From Octopus sinensis (Eukaryota), in the NCBI RefSeq assembly GCF_006345805.1, contig NC_043000.1:91078001-91142000 (forward strand): a DNA stretch of 64,000 nt, written 5' to 3'. Made by a program: the position numbers and the translations under genes. Shown one piece after another: positions 13,605 to 26,235 of the stretch (the stretch's first letter is position 1; each line of letters opens with the position of its first letter). The notes under the pieces are model-generated. The model had not been told where the DNA came from and did not search any database. It saw nothing but the letters and a program-made list of their open reading frames with translations.

Positions 13605-13830
13605 TCAGCATATTTATCCTTTCTTCTAAACGCAGAAGGCCTGAGATTGTGGGGGCAAGAATTAGTCGATTACATCGACAACAGGGTTCAACAGGTACTT
13701 CATTTATCGACCCCAAAATATGAAAGGCAAAGTCGACCTCGTCGGAATTTGAACTCAGAACATGCAGATGGAAGAAATGCCGCTAAGCATTTTGACCGGC
13801 TTGCTAACGATTCTGTTAGCTTGCCGTCCA
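13605..13830 (-). mobile_element. SINE family B
   Basis: Reverse complement of the core GAGTTCAAATTCCG.CGAGGTCGACTTTGCCTTTCAT...GGGGTCGATAAA.GAAGTACC. Confidence 0.85.
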
Positions 13831-14019
13831 AGACCACATGGTTGGGAAGCAATCATCTTAAACACAAAACTACACGCTAAATTCAGAGCATTAGGGTCAT
13901 ATATATATATATCTCCAAACTTTTAGATATATTGCAAACTATCAGTAATACTTCAGAATATTAGAATGAGTATCCCATTTTTTTAAAAGTTCCACTTTAC
14001 AGTTATTAAAAGTAAATTA

Positions 14020-14505
14020 CCGTATTTCGTTCTGAGTTCAAATTCAGCCGAGGTCGACTTTGCCTTTCATCCTTTCGGGGGTCGATAAATTAAGTACCAG
14101 TTACACACTGGGGTCGATGTAATCGGCTTAATCCCTTTGTCTGTCCTTGTTTGTCCCCTCTGTGTTTAGCTCCTTGTGGTTAGTAAAGAAATATATTACA
14201 CTATTAATCGAACAATCAAATAATGCAAGAAGAAAAAAGTTATCAAATGATTATACATACCTACCATACTGCAATATTAATTGCAGTGGGAAGGCGGCGA
14301 GCTGGCAAAATTGTCAGCACGCCGGCCAAATGCTTAGCGGCATTTCGTCCAGCTTCACATTCTGAGTTCAAATTCCTTCGAGGTCCACTCTGCCTTTTAT
14401 CCTTTCGGGATCGATAAAATAAGTACCAGTTTGGCGTTGGGGATCTATGTAATCGGCGCACATCGTCCCCAGAAATTGCTGGCCTTGTGTCTGCATTTGA
14501 AACCA
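14020..14505 (+). mobile_element. Two SINE family B copies (14020-14192 partial; 14292-14505 with tRNA-like head)
   Basis: Head GGCGGCGAGCTGGCA, B-box-like GAGTTCAAATTCC and core GAGGTC.ACT.TGCCTTT.ATCCTTTCGGG.TCGATAAA.TAAGTACCAG. Confidence 0.85.
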
Positions 14506-14605
14506 ACTGAGGGGCCGCAGATCTGAAAGTGCCGTGATAACATCAAAGGGATATAGACAAAAGGATCTCATACATAATCGGTATGAAAAACAAGTTTTGT
14601 TAGAC

Positions 14606-14936
14606 CAGTGGTTCTCATCCGGGGTCCATATGGCCACTGAGGGTCCATATAACATTTAGTGGGGATTCATGCAAGAAAATAGTAAATTGGGGATGCACAA
14701 TAGTATTTTCAAGGCCCCTGAAAAAAGTTTTGGTTTAGATGTATATATTGGAAGAAACAGCTAAGTTTCTTTCTCTAATATTTTACGTAGTTCAACCTAC
14801 ACAAGTTAATGTGTGAAAAACAAATTGAAAGAAGTTTCTATAAAGCTAGTTTTTAAACATCGAATGGTATGTGTGTCCACCAGAATAAAATAGTAATCAA
14901 AGGGATCCATAGACAAAAAATAGTTGAGAACCACTA
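14606..14936 (+). mobile_element. hAT-type MITE
   Basis: TIRs CAGTGGTTCTCA / TGAGAACCACTA; near-identical 8-bp flanks TGTTAGAC / TGTTGAAC; second copy at 41425-41723. Confidence 0.75.
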
Positions 14937-15140
14937 TGTTGAACAAAGAAATTCCAGATTCTAAAAGCAGTCAAAGATTTCAATGAATAAAAATATGACG
15001 TAGATGAAAATCTGTATTGATCCCGAGATTTCATAAGTCTGCAGCTTAACCCAGTTTCCATGGAATAAAATGGACTGAGATTAAAACGGTCTCCCATTGA
15101 ACAGGATTAACTTCTCACATATTGCTGGGACTCTTTTTGA

Positions 15141-15286
15141 TATAAAGTGTTGGGACTTAATGTGAAGTGCTGGGACTCACTGTGAAGTGCTGGGACTCAA
15201 TGTGAACTACCGGGACTCAATGTGAAGTGCTGGGAGTCAATGTGAACTACTGGGACTCAAGGTGAAGTGCTGGGACTCAATATGAA
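15141..15286 (+). repeat. 20-bp minisatellite (TGTGAAGTGCTGGGACTCAA)n, about 7 copies
   Basis: Directly visible head-to-tail units with no spacers. Confidence 0.92.
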
Positions 15287-15375
15287 ATAAAGTGTTTTGT
15301 CCAAGAACACAATGTACCTCTTGATCAGGAATCAAAGTGAGTGGAACAGCCTAACCACTAAGCCATGCATCTTCA
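15280..15375 (-). mobile_element. SINE family D head fragment
   Basis: Reverse complement reads GAAGATGCATGGCTTAGTGGTTAGG...TGATTCCTG...TTGTGTTCTTGGACAAAACACTTTATTTCA, matching 25822-25935. Confidence 0.65.
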
Positions 15376-15778
15376 ATAAAAAGCAGATAAGATGTTCTTT
15401 TGCAGTAGTTACAAGCAAATTATTTTGGCCAAATAGTAACCATGGGCAATCGATACGTTATGAGCGCCACACAGTAATTACCTCTGAGAATCGCACATCA
15501 GATATAAATTTTGTATGAATATGTAAGCATCACGAGTTTCACTGACTGAGCGTAGTAACATGCTGCCAAATACGGAGGAGTAAATGAGTGAATCATCAAT
15601 TAATTCCAAATCATTATCGATTACATTTGACTGTCACTTAAAAACATCTATGTGTGTGTGTGTGTGTGTGTGTGCGTGTGTGTACGTGTGTATCTTTCAA
15701 TCTATCTATCTCTATAACTATCAAGCTGTCAGTCTGCATGCTTGTTTGTCTGTGAGCCTGGCTATCAATCTCCTCTCC

Positions 15779-15824
<46 letters not shown>

Positions 15825-16304
15825 CATACACACACATACACACACACACACACACATATATATATATGAACAGGAGACTGTAAAATATCACCCTGCCTCC
15901 ATTCTATGTAAACGCATATATAAAAATATATCCATAAACATGTATTTACATACATATCTGTATCTATATACTTATGTATATATATATACATGTATATCTT
16001 CTGTCTAACTATATAGCTATTTATCTCTCATTCTTTCAACCAAACCTCTCACGCACACGTGTTCATATATGCACAAACACACATATGCATACATACATAC
16101 ATATATATATTTAAATACATATGTATACACACACACACACACACATATATATATATGTGTGTTATATATATCTAATCTATACATCCATATATTTATATAT
16201 ATATATATATACCACACACACACATTATATATATATATTATATATATACATATGTGTGTATATATTATCTATATCTATGCATCTATATTTTTATATATAT
16301 ATAT

Positions 16305-16361
<57 letters not shown>

Positions 16362-16383
16362 CGTAGATGTATGTAGTGTAAGT

Positions 16384-16483
16384 NNNNNNNNNNNNNNNNN
16401 NNNNNNNNNNNNNNNNNNNNNNNNNNNNNNNNNNNNNNNNNNNNNNNNNNNNNNNNNNNNNNNNNNNNNNNNNNNNNNNNNNN
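16384..16483. other. Assembly gap (100 N)
   Basis: Run of n characters. Confidence 1.
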
Positions 16484-16783
16484 CAAAGAAATATGAACTG
16501 TATAGATTCCCTATCTATAGATATTTAGGTATTTAGCTAACACTGTTTATATAGAAAGATGTGTATATACAATAACTCATGCATAGGAACTAAGAGAAAT
16601 AGATTGACAGCATGCACTTTTCTTACCCATGTAAACATTTGTCAAATTCTTAAAGTTTACAATACCATAAAGAGGTAAACTTTAAAGGGTGTCTCACCAA
16701 TTAGAAATAACAGATACATTTCACCTAAATTACCCATTATTGTATTTAAAATGACATTTAATGGTCTGTTACTGTGTACACTT

Positions 16784-17293
16784 GTGGAGGTGCAATGGCC
16801 TAGTGGTTAGAGCAGCGAACTCGCGGTCGTAGGATCGCGGTTTCGATTCCCAGACCGGGCATTGTGAGTGTTTATTGAGCGAAAATACCTAAAGCTCCAC
16901 GAGGCTCCGGCAGGGGGTGGTGGTGTATCCTGCTGTACTCTTTCACCCCAACATTCTCTCACTCTTTTTTCCTATTTCTGTTGTACATGTATTCCAAAGG
17001 GCCAGCCCTGTCACACTCTGTGTCACGCTGAATCTCCCTCAGAACTACGTTAAGTGTACACGTGTCTGTGGAGAGCTCAGCCACTTGTACAGTAATAATT
17101 GAGCTGTGACATCACTGGTGCCAAGCTGTATCGGCCTTTGCCTTTCCCTTGGATAACATCGGTGGTGTGGTGAAGGGAGGCCAGTATGCATGGGCGACTG
17201 CTGGCCTTCCATAAAAAAACCTAGGCTGGACTTGTGCCTCAGAGGGTAACTTTCTAGGTGCAATCCCATGGCCATTCATGACCAAAGGGGGTT
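16784..17293 (+). mobile_element. SINE family C (tRNA-derived head, Arg-like), tail type 1
   Basis: A-box TGGCCTAGTGG and B-box GTTTCGATTCCC. Same head and body as the copies at 50214-50478 and 62265-62567. No tRNA acceptor stem or CCA end. Confidence 0.85.
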
Positions 17294-17744
17294 ACAACAA
17301 GAAACCAAAAATTGGGAAAATGACTTCTCAATCAATTTTGATCTTAAGCCTGTTCATCAATAACTACAATAATAAGGTTTCAGGAGATTTTACAAACAAG
17401 AAGTTGGCATGTGTTAGTATTGGAACAAAATGGCAAGATCCCACTCTATAGCTTAAAAATTTTGGATCAGATAAAGATGGTAGCTCTGTGTCCTACATCA
17501 CCTGAACTGGGATTGATTTAATTAACTAATTAAAAACGTTGGTCTGGTGCCAATATAAGCAATTCTTATTTTTTTCATTAAAGCCATGTAACACAATGTG
17601 AAGAATTTTGGATAAAATGGTTTGCAATAATCAGTTATTGAATTTTGATTCCAACACAGTTTTTCAGTTTGTTTTTCAGTTCAATTCCAACTAAAGATGA
17701 TCATTACTTTCTATAATTTCAGGAGCTGATATAACAAAATAGTT

Positions 17745-18305
17745 TCTAATTTTGGCATAATCCTTGCTACTATAGGCACAAATGCCAGCAATTTTGAAGG
17801 GAGGGGAAGTAGTTGATACCACTGATCCTAGTTCTATAGTAGTACCTTATCATATTGATCTCAAAAGATGTGAGGCAAAGTTCGCCTTGGAAGGTTTTAA
17901 ACTCAAAGTATAAAAAGCCAGGAGAAATGGTATTAAGCATTTTGTCTAATGCACTAATGATTATGTCTGCTTATTGGCTTAGGGGTCAATATTATATAAT
18001 ACCATTCCAATGGTGAGATCAAATTAAATTCCTATATTTCTCTTTTGCAATTTTAAAATAGAAGCTGAAATCAATATTTTTGTTATATTGCTTTTCCTGG
18101 ATGTTGTACATTGGTAAAAACTTAAGCACATCACACAAAATGTCTTGCGGTGTATACTTGCAGATTTTATTTAGATTCTGTGCTCAAATCCCATTGAAAT
18201 CGACGTTGCTTTTAATCCTTCCATGGTCCAGTGAAATATTGAGATAAATGTAGTAGAATAACCCTTCTTACTAAAAACTTATGTGGTTATGTTCCTGGCA
18301 TAAGA
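17745..18305. mobile_element. Two heavily CpG-decayed SINE B copies (about 17745-17982 minus; about 18100-18305 plus)
   Basis: Recognisable GGCAAAGT..CCTTGG...TTTAAACTCA and CTCAAATCC...GACGTTGCTTTTAATCCTT cores. Confidence 0.55.
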
Positions 18306-18899
18306 AACTTCACTTAATTTTGCTTCAATTTTAGACTTACTCTCTTTCGCCTTCATTCACATTCATCTCTTCCTTACTTCGTGTCCCTGAAGTTCATGAT
18401 TCATTTGGTATATTTTACCCTTTTTTTTGTCTTTAGTATAATGTGGTCTTCTTTAGAGAAATATGCCCCTGTGCTTATACAACATTTACTCCTCTATGGA
18501 ATCCAGCAAATCTCAGGTTTATACATTTGTAACAATACCTTGTCAGCTTCACCACATATCTTTTGCAATTTATCCAATCTCATCCATTTATGTTTGCTCC
18601 AACCAAAATTTTACTTCCTTACCCTAACCCATATATTGGTCTGTAATATTTTTCTGTGAACAATAACTTCTATTTGCATTTTATTATTTTATATCTGCTG
18701 TTTTTGGGGTGTTATAGTCATTTTCTATAAAAATTATTTTTATTAGTATTCTTTTTTTTTTTTAGTTTAATTGTTTACTTTTTTTGAGTTGTTACTATTT
18801 TTGCCTTTTTATTTGTTTTAGGAAGCAATACGGCTGAGAAATCTGCCAGGAGAATTTTTTAATATTCTTCTAAAATCAAACCAATTGAAGTCAATATAA

Positions 18900-18968
<69 letters not shown>

Positions 18969-20130
18969 CATTTATATATATATATATATACATATATATG
19001 CAATATATATGATGCATATATATACACATATATAATACATATGAATATATATACATATATATGTATGTAAATATATATGTATGTGTATATGTACATGCAT
19101 GTGTGTGTATATATGTATATAAGTGTGGGTATGTATATGTATATATATACATATATACATACATAGATACATGCATATATGTGTACATATGCACAAAGCG
19201 ATACACACATATGCACACACACAAATATAAAATACGTATATGTATGACCCCAGCCACCCACACTTTCACAACTGAAATAATGAAAATAATATTATAATAT
19301 AATGACAAAGAAAAAAAAAAGAACCCCGTCACTGTGCCTCCACAGAAAATGTGGAAAGAGGAAGGAGGAGAGAGTGAGAGCAAGATGCAGAGACAGATGA
19401 CTTCTCTTTGAGCTGCTTACTATGTCGCATTGCCTCGGTCATCTGAAGCTGTTTTAATCCTCAGCTATATAACTATGGGAAGAGATTAAACAATGAGATG
19501 GAGCCTTGGTTTCTGACTCTGCAAGGATAAAGAAAAATAAAATACAATAAAATAAAATAAAATGAAATAACAGACTCTTGCATGGTTGGCACTTACAGAG
19601 GTCTCATCTGGTGCAAAGTAAATAAGACCCTTCACAAAGCATAACTCAAAAAAACAGCCGACTTAATCCTTAAAAAGAACCTGCACAAAGAATGGCCTTC
19701 TCTTCCCTTTATTTCCAACCAAATCAATTTACTCAATGTATTTGGAAGTAATAGAAACATTTAAATATATATTATAGTTAGTTCATTTTTTGTGTGGTTT
19801 GGTTTGTTTTGGTTTTAGACTCACTCTCTTTTGGCAAGTATATATCTAATTATATATGCATTTCATGGTGTGTGTATCACTACGTGTATGTATGTGAGAG
19901 CATGTGTGGGCTTATATATTTATATACTTATATACGCACACATGCAAGTACATGCACACCCACGTACGCACATGTACACTTACACACATACACACATATA
20001 CATATATATACTTAAACACATGTGTTTATATATTACACACATATATTCAGTTGTGTATCTATGTATAATTATATATTCGAGTACACGTACACTTACTCAT
20101 ATATACATACATATACATACATACATACAA

Positions 20131-20179
<49 letters not shown>

Positions 20180-20204
<25 letters not shown>

Positions 20205-20411
20205 TAGATAGATAGATAGATAGATAGAGATAAATGTACATATATATATATGTATATATATGCCTATATACATAAACACACACACACACAAACACACATA
20301 TATATTGAGTCATATATATATATACCCACATATACACACATGTATGTATATGTGTATGAGAAGACACACATACATTGATAGATAGACAGAGAGACAGAGA
20401 GACAGAGAGAC

Positions 20412-20461
<50 letters not shown>

Positions 20462-20464
20462 ATT

Positions 20465-20509
<45 letters not shown>

Positions 20510-20512
20510 ATT

Positions 20513-20578
<66 letters not shown>

Positions 20579-20640
20579 CAGATGCAACATACATACATAC
20601 ATACATACATACATGGATCGAGAGATAGATAGATAGATAG

Positions 20641-20706
<66 letters not shown>
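20180..20706. repeat. (GA)n-(GATA)n-(CATA)n compound microsatellite
   Basis: Directly visible. Confidence 0.96.
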
Positions 20707-20708
<2 letters not shown>

Positions 20709-21164
20709 AGCAGGGAGAGATATAAGAAGACAGATTGCCACAGTGGAAGACAGAATGAAAGCAAAGAAAAAAAGAAAGACAAAAAGAACGTTGGCATATA
20801 GAAATATATTTTATTAAATGGATATGAAATGGTTAACCATAAATAAATAAATAAATAAATATATATAAATAAGCAAATATTAAACAAATTACATAAATAT
20901 GAGAAAACATATGAATTGAAAGAGCCACACGACGAGAAAGAAAGGTAAGGAAGTATGAAGTGCGAGCTAAAACTAAATAACTACGCGTACAGTTTACTGG
21001 CAAACAATAATACAATCTGATTAATAGAAACACTAGATTCAAGAGATTTACTCCAAGTTCTTTTTACAGCAACAAAATTAGACTTGATGGGGTCCGTGTA
21101 TTGATTTCTTGTGTCTGTCATTTATTCAAATTCGTATGTGTTTTTGTTAGCAAACATCATAACG

Positions 21165-21195
<31 letters not shown>

Positions 21196-21212
21196 GCACG
21201 CACGAACACACA

Positions 21213-21250
<38 letters not shown>

Positions 21251-21319
21251 TACACGCACATATGAACACGCACGAACGCACACTCACACGCAAACATAAA
21301 TATAAATATATATATATAT

Positions 21320-21775
21320 TCTTTTATGTTTTTACTCGTTCCAGTCGTTTGACAACGGCCAAGCTGGAGCACCTTCCGCCTTTAGTCGAACAAATCGACC
21401 CTAGGACTTTTTTCTTTGTAACCCTAGTACTTATTTTATCGGGTCTTTAACCGAACCGCTACGTTGCGGGGACCTAAACACTGACATCGGTTGTAAAGCG
21501 ATGGTGGGCAAACACAGATACACACAAACACACACACACACATACATACATACATACATACATACATACATACACACACATACATACATACATACATACA
21601 TACATACATACATACATACATACATACATACATACCTACATATATTTCCGTCTACAAAATTCACTCACAAGACTTTGGTTAGTCCGGGGCTATAGTAGAA
21701 GACACGTGCGTAAGGTGCCACACAGTGGGACTGAACCTGGAACCGTGGTTTGGAAGCAAGCTTCTTACGACACAC
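21320..21775 (-). mobile_element. SINE family A, full length with expanded (TATG)n linker
   Basis: Reverse complement colinear with 45813-46207. Confidence 0.85.
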
Positions 21776-21811
21776 ACTATATATATATAGAAAACATACA
21801 CACGGATATCT

Positions 21812-22240
21812 CTTTTCTACTCTAGGCATAAGGCCCGAAATTTTAGGTGAGGTACCAGTCGATTAGATCCACGAAAGTACGCAACTGGTACTTAATTTAT
21901 CGACCCCGAAAGGATGAAAGGCAAAGTTGACCTCGGCGGAATCGTAACTCAGAACGTAAAGTCAGACGAAATACCGCTAAGCATTTCGCCCGGCATGCTA
22001 ACGTTTCTTATTTCCTTATTGCCCACAAGGGGCTAAACATGGAGGGGACAAGCAAGAACAGACAAAGGGATTAAGTCGATTACATCGACCCAAGTGCGTA
22101 ACTGGTACTGAATTTATCGACCCCGAAGGATGAAAAGCGAAGTCGACCTCGACGGAATTTGAACTCAGAACGTAACGCCAGACGAAATACCGGTAAGCAT
22201 TTTGCCGGCGTGCTAACGTTTCTGCCAGCTCGCTGCCTTA
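21812..22240 (-). mobile_element. Dimeric SINE family B
   Basis: Two tandem head-plus-core units with different tails. Confidence 0.88.
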
Positions 22241-22302
22241 ATCTTATGTATGTGTCATCGTGGCAATGATAAAATAATAAAATAATTAATTGTAGTTATC
22301 TT

Positions 22303-22406
22303 TAACCTGATGAGTGGCTATATTTATATTGAAGTGATTTTACTACTACTACTAATATTTTTACTATAATCATTTCTTAAATATAACCACGAAACACGTG
22401 TCGTTA
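22303..22406 (+). ncRNA. Type I hammerhead ribozyme (Penelope-type), intact core
   Basis: Stem I TAAC(22303-06)/GTTA(22403-06); CTGATGA 22307-13; stem II GTGGCTATATTTA(22314-26)/TAAATATAACCAC(22378-90), 12 of 13 paired; GAAA 22391-94; stem III AC/GT around palindromic loop ACGT; GTC cleavage triplet 22400-02. Confidence 0.8.
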
Positions 22407-22649
22407 TTCTACAAAATATATACGTTTTATTTATTATTTGCACATTTCTTAATCATCGTTATATTTTTATCTTATATTTAATTTTTCTATAATATATAAT
22501 TTTCTAGATGGTGTAATTTATATACATATATTATATTTTGTGAAATTTGATTTAGCATTTCTAAATTGAATTTTTCCCTGTAAGTTTGGAGTAATATTCC
22601 CTCATATATATATATATATATAATATATATATATATATATTATAATTTT

Positions 22650-23820
22650 TAATTTAGTTTGTCTTTGATGTTGTCGACTAAACAGTATAGTAGAGTCAGT
22701 TGAGCACCGTCTGTGAGAAAAACAGTACCATGATGCATTTCACTGTGCCAGTAATTTGGAAACGAAATGATGTAGTGCTTGTTATTCGGGCAGGCAGCTC
22801 CATTACGAAGATTTCAGAGAATTTGGGTGTCAATCCGAAGACAATTCAGAGGATTCGGAATGAGTTACATGATTTTAATAGTGATTACAAAGGTTCGATA
22901 GCTCGGAAAACTCATTCAGATTTTCCTGATAATAAAAGAACCCCTTGATTCGTTGGTGAGAACCAAGCCATGATTGAAAACGATCCCTCCAAATCAATCA
23001 GGTGCATCACCAGAGTTATGGGAGTGCTTGAGTTTCTTATCAGGCAGGTAGTGCATGAACACATTCAGTATTCCACATGCAAGATAAGATAGGGACAATT
23101 TTTATCACAAGCCATCACGGACAAGAGGATAAACCGCTTTACGAAGCTTTTGAACAAACTCAAGCATTCCCTGCAACCAAACATGCTTTGATTTTTCTCG
23201 TCTAAGAAAAAATTCTGCCTGGATTAGTTGGTGAACACAGAGAACAGCCATTGGCTCGCCCTGTCCCCAAAACATGTACCCAGAGTGATAAAGATCAAAC
23301 ATCCAGTCAACATCATGGTATTTGGAGCAATCTCTAGTGATGGCGACGTTATACCTCCATTCTGCCCACACGGCCTCACACTCAACACGGAGGCCTACAT
23401 CAAGTGCCTGGAGAAAGTAGTACTGCTCTGGGTCAAGAAAGTGGCTGCTAGGAGATACGATGTCTGGCAGAATGTCTATGCTCCAAGCTACACAAGAAGG
23501 AGAACCTAGTCATGGCTGTCAGACAATTTCTGCGACCACATCACCCCTAACATCTAGCCACCTAACCCCGTCAGTCTGCAACTCCCCTTGATTATTATGT
23601 GTGGGGCGCCGTTGAACGAGAGATCAACAAAACTCCTTGTAGCACCAAAGATGACCTGAAGGCAAGGATTATGGCAGCATTCACCAACTTAAACAAGAAG
23701 ACTGCCTAGATGAGCTGCAGGAGATTCCGAAGTCGTCTGCAGGTCGTGGTTGATCCCAATGGCAATTTTACTGAATAAATATATTCTTTAGTATTTCAAG
23801 ATATTTTAATGTAATTTTGG
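22650..23820 (+). mobile_element. Decayed Tc1/mariner transposase (DD37D/maT-like)
   Basis: Pieces FSSKKKFCLD, HPVNIMVFGAISSDG, LNTEAYIKCLE, WLSDNF...*PPNP..CNSLDYYVWGAVE, KDDLKARI. Multiple stops and frameshifts; TIRs not evident. Confidence 0.85.
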
Positions 23821-23853
<33 letters not shown>

Positions 23854-23899
23854 AGTATATATATATATATGAATATATACATACGTGTATGTACATACT

Positions 23900-23933
<34 letters not shown>

Positions 23934-23939
23934 TATGTG

Positions 23940-24110
23940 GGTACAGGACATCACGAGGCGAGTACAACAAAAAAATACCAAGTACGAATACATGGAAAAT
24001 TAACTATTTTTTCGAACAACGAAAGACACAAATGGAAAACTAGACAAACAACATACAGGACGACCCTTCGTCATTTGTTGGCTGTTTTTCTACTCACGTA
24101 TTTCGAGCAT
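23940..24110 (-). mobile_element. pLTR-like T-rich repeat related to the 5290-6160 family
   Basis: Reverse complement GCTCGAAATACGTG...ATGACGAAGGGTCGTCCTG followed by a T-rich tract. Confidence 0.35.
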
Positions 24111-24442
24111 ATATATACATATATCCTTATATATTTAGATGTATATGAATTCATACATTTGTAAACATATACTCACAGCTAGAATGATTGCTATTTATGT
24201 TGAAAAACGTACAGAGATATATAGTAATTCCTTCTCATAGACGTAAATTCAACAGAAAGTCTACATTTACAGTCAAATATGTGTTATATTTAAATGGTGA
24301 TATAATGAGGAATATGCAAAGAAACCGTTTCATAGTCATCGGTCCCTCCATCCGTCCAACCATCCATCTGTCCGTCTATCCATCCACACACACGTATATA
24401 TATAAATGTAATCAGTACATGATAGCATAGTGTTCATAAGCA

Positions 24443-24690
<248 letters not shown>

Positions 24691-25716
24691 ATCAATGAAA
24701 CTCACTTTCTGACTGTCTGCCTATCTCTCCTCTCTCTCTCTCTCTGCCTCTCTTACTCTCTCTATGTATATATGTATATATGTACACAAACATACACACA
24801 CACATGCACACATACACACACACACATATATATATATCTTGATGCACACGTAGAATTCTACACAATTCTACACATTTATTCATATTGACATGCCTGTATT
24901 CATACCTACCCACATCACCTCGAAACTTATTGAATCTCTTCTCTACATATCTATATTCTCATACACACTCATTGGCAACAACACACACTCACACACATGC
25001 ACTCATACACAAAGACACCCACATATACCACACACATACACACACATACAGACACAAACAAACAAACAAACATTCATATACACAAGCAGGCAGAAGCACG
25101 TTTGGAAACACACATAAATATCATATCTCGAACAAAAGATATTTAGATAAGAGACAATGTTATTTAACCTGCAGGAACAATTTTCTATCTTCTTTCCTTT
25201 TTACCTATATTCACATAAATTTTTGGTTTATTAAATTGCTTTCTCTTTTACCATTTTCTTTTATTTTCGGTATATTTTATATGTATTTCATTGATATATT
25301 TTTCTTCAGTTTATAATTCTTCTTTTTTCAGAGAATATTATTTGCAATTTTTTCCTGCATTTCGATCTTTTTACATTTTTACCAATTAATTCTCTCCTAA
25401 ATGGCTTTAGTTACCGTCTAATAACCTTATAAATTCAATATTACTTTCAATTTTTAGCACATACAGCCTGTATAAATCTGCCCACATATATTTCTCTACA
25501 TCAACACAGGGACTGATACATACACATATGAAAACATATACATGCACACATGCACACATCGATGCCTTCGCTAGTCTATCAATGTATACTTGCGCATATA
25601 TACATACATACATACTGATACATTCAAGCACATTATATATTATACATATATATATATATATATACACACATATATATATATGCATAAATAGATGTGTATA
25701 TATGTGTGTGTGTTTG

Positions 25717-25765
<49 letters not shown>

Positions 25766-25821
25766 AAATGTATGTGTAAATACATATTTGTGCTTACATA
25801 TATGTGTGTATGTGTGTGTGC

Positions 25822-26117
25822 GAAGGCGCGTGGCTAAGTGGTTTGGGTGTTGCACTCACAATTGCGAGATCGTGGGTTCGATTCCTAGACAGGTCGTTGC
25901 GTTGTGTTCTTGAGCAAAGCACTTCATTTCATGTTGCTTTGCGACCATTTAATCTAATATGTGGCACACGGTGCACCTGTACAAGTTATACCGATTTGAT
26001 GGAGGGAGTGAGCTTATGAGAACACAAACATTTGATCACTTTGAACAAATCATCTGTGTGGTTGTTCGGCAAGAAATTGCTGATCCCTCATACGTCGTCT
26101 AACGACGGGAGAATTCA
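25822..26117 (+). mobile_element. SINE family D (tRNA-derived head)
   Basis: A-box TGGCTAAGTGG, B-box GGTTCGATTCCT, body TTGTGTTCTTGAGCAAAGCACTTCATTTCA. Homologous copies at 51745-51990 and 56010-56230. Confidence 0.8.
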
Positions 26118-26136
26118 TGATATATATGTGTGTGTT

Positions 26137-26169
<33 letters not shown>

Positions 26170-26235
26170 GTGTATGTGTGTGTGTATGTTTGTGTGTCTG
26201 TGTTCGCCCCCCCCCCAACATCGCTTGGCACAGAT

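Noticed and set aside
15141-15286. CRISPR-like regular repeat
   Set aside because: Units are contiguous with no unique spacers, there are no cas genes, and the context is eukaryotic.
16069-16536. ORFs spanning the N run
   Set aside because: Artefacts of the assembly gap.
16784-16860. tRNA gene
   Set aside because: A and B boxes are present but there is no closing acceptor stem or terminator; it continues into a repeated SINE body. The same applies to the other SINE heads.
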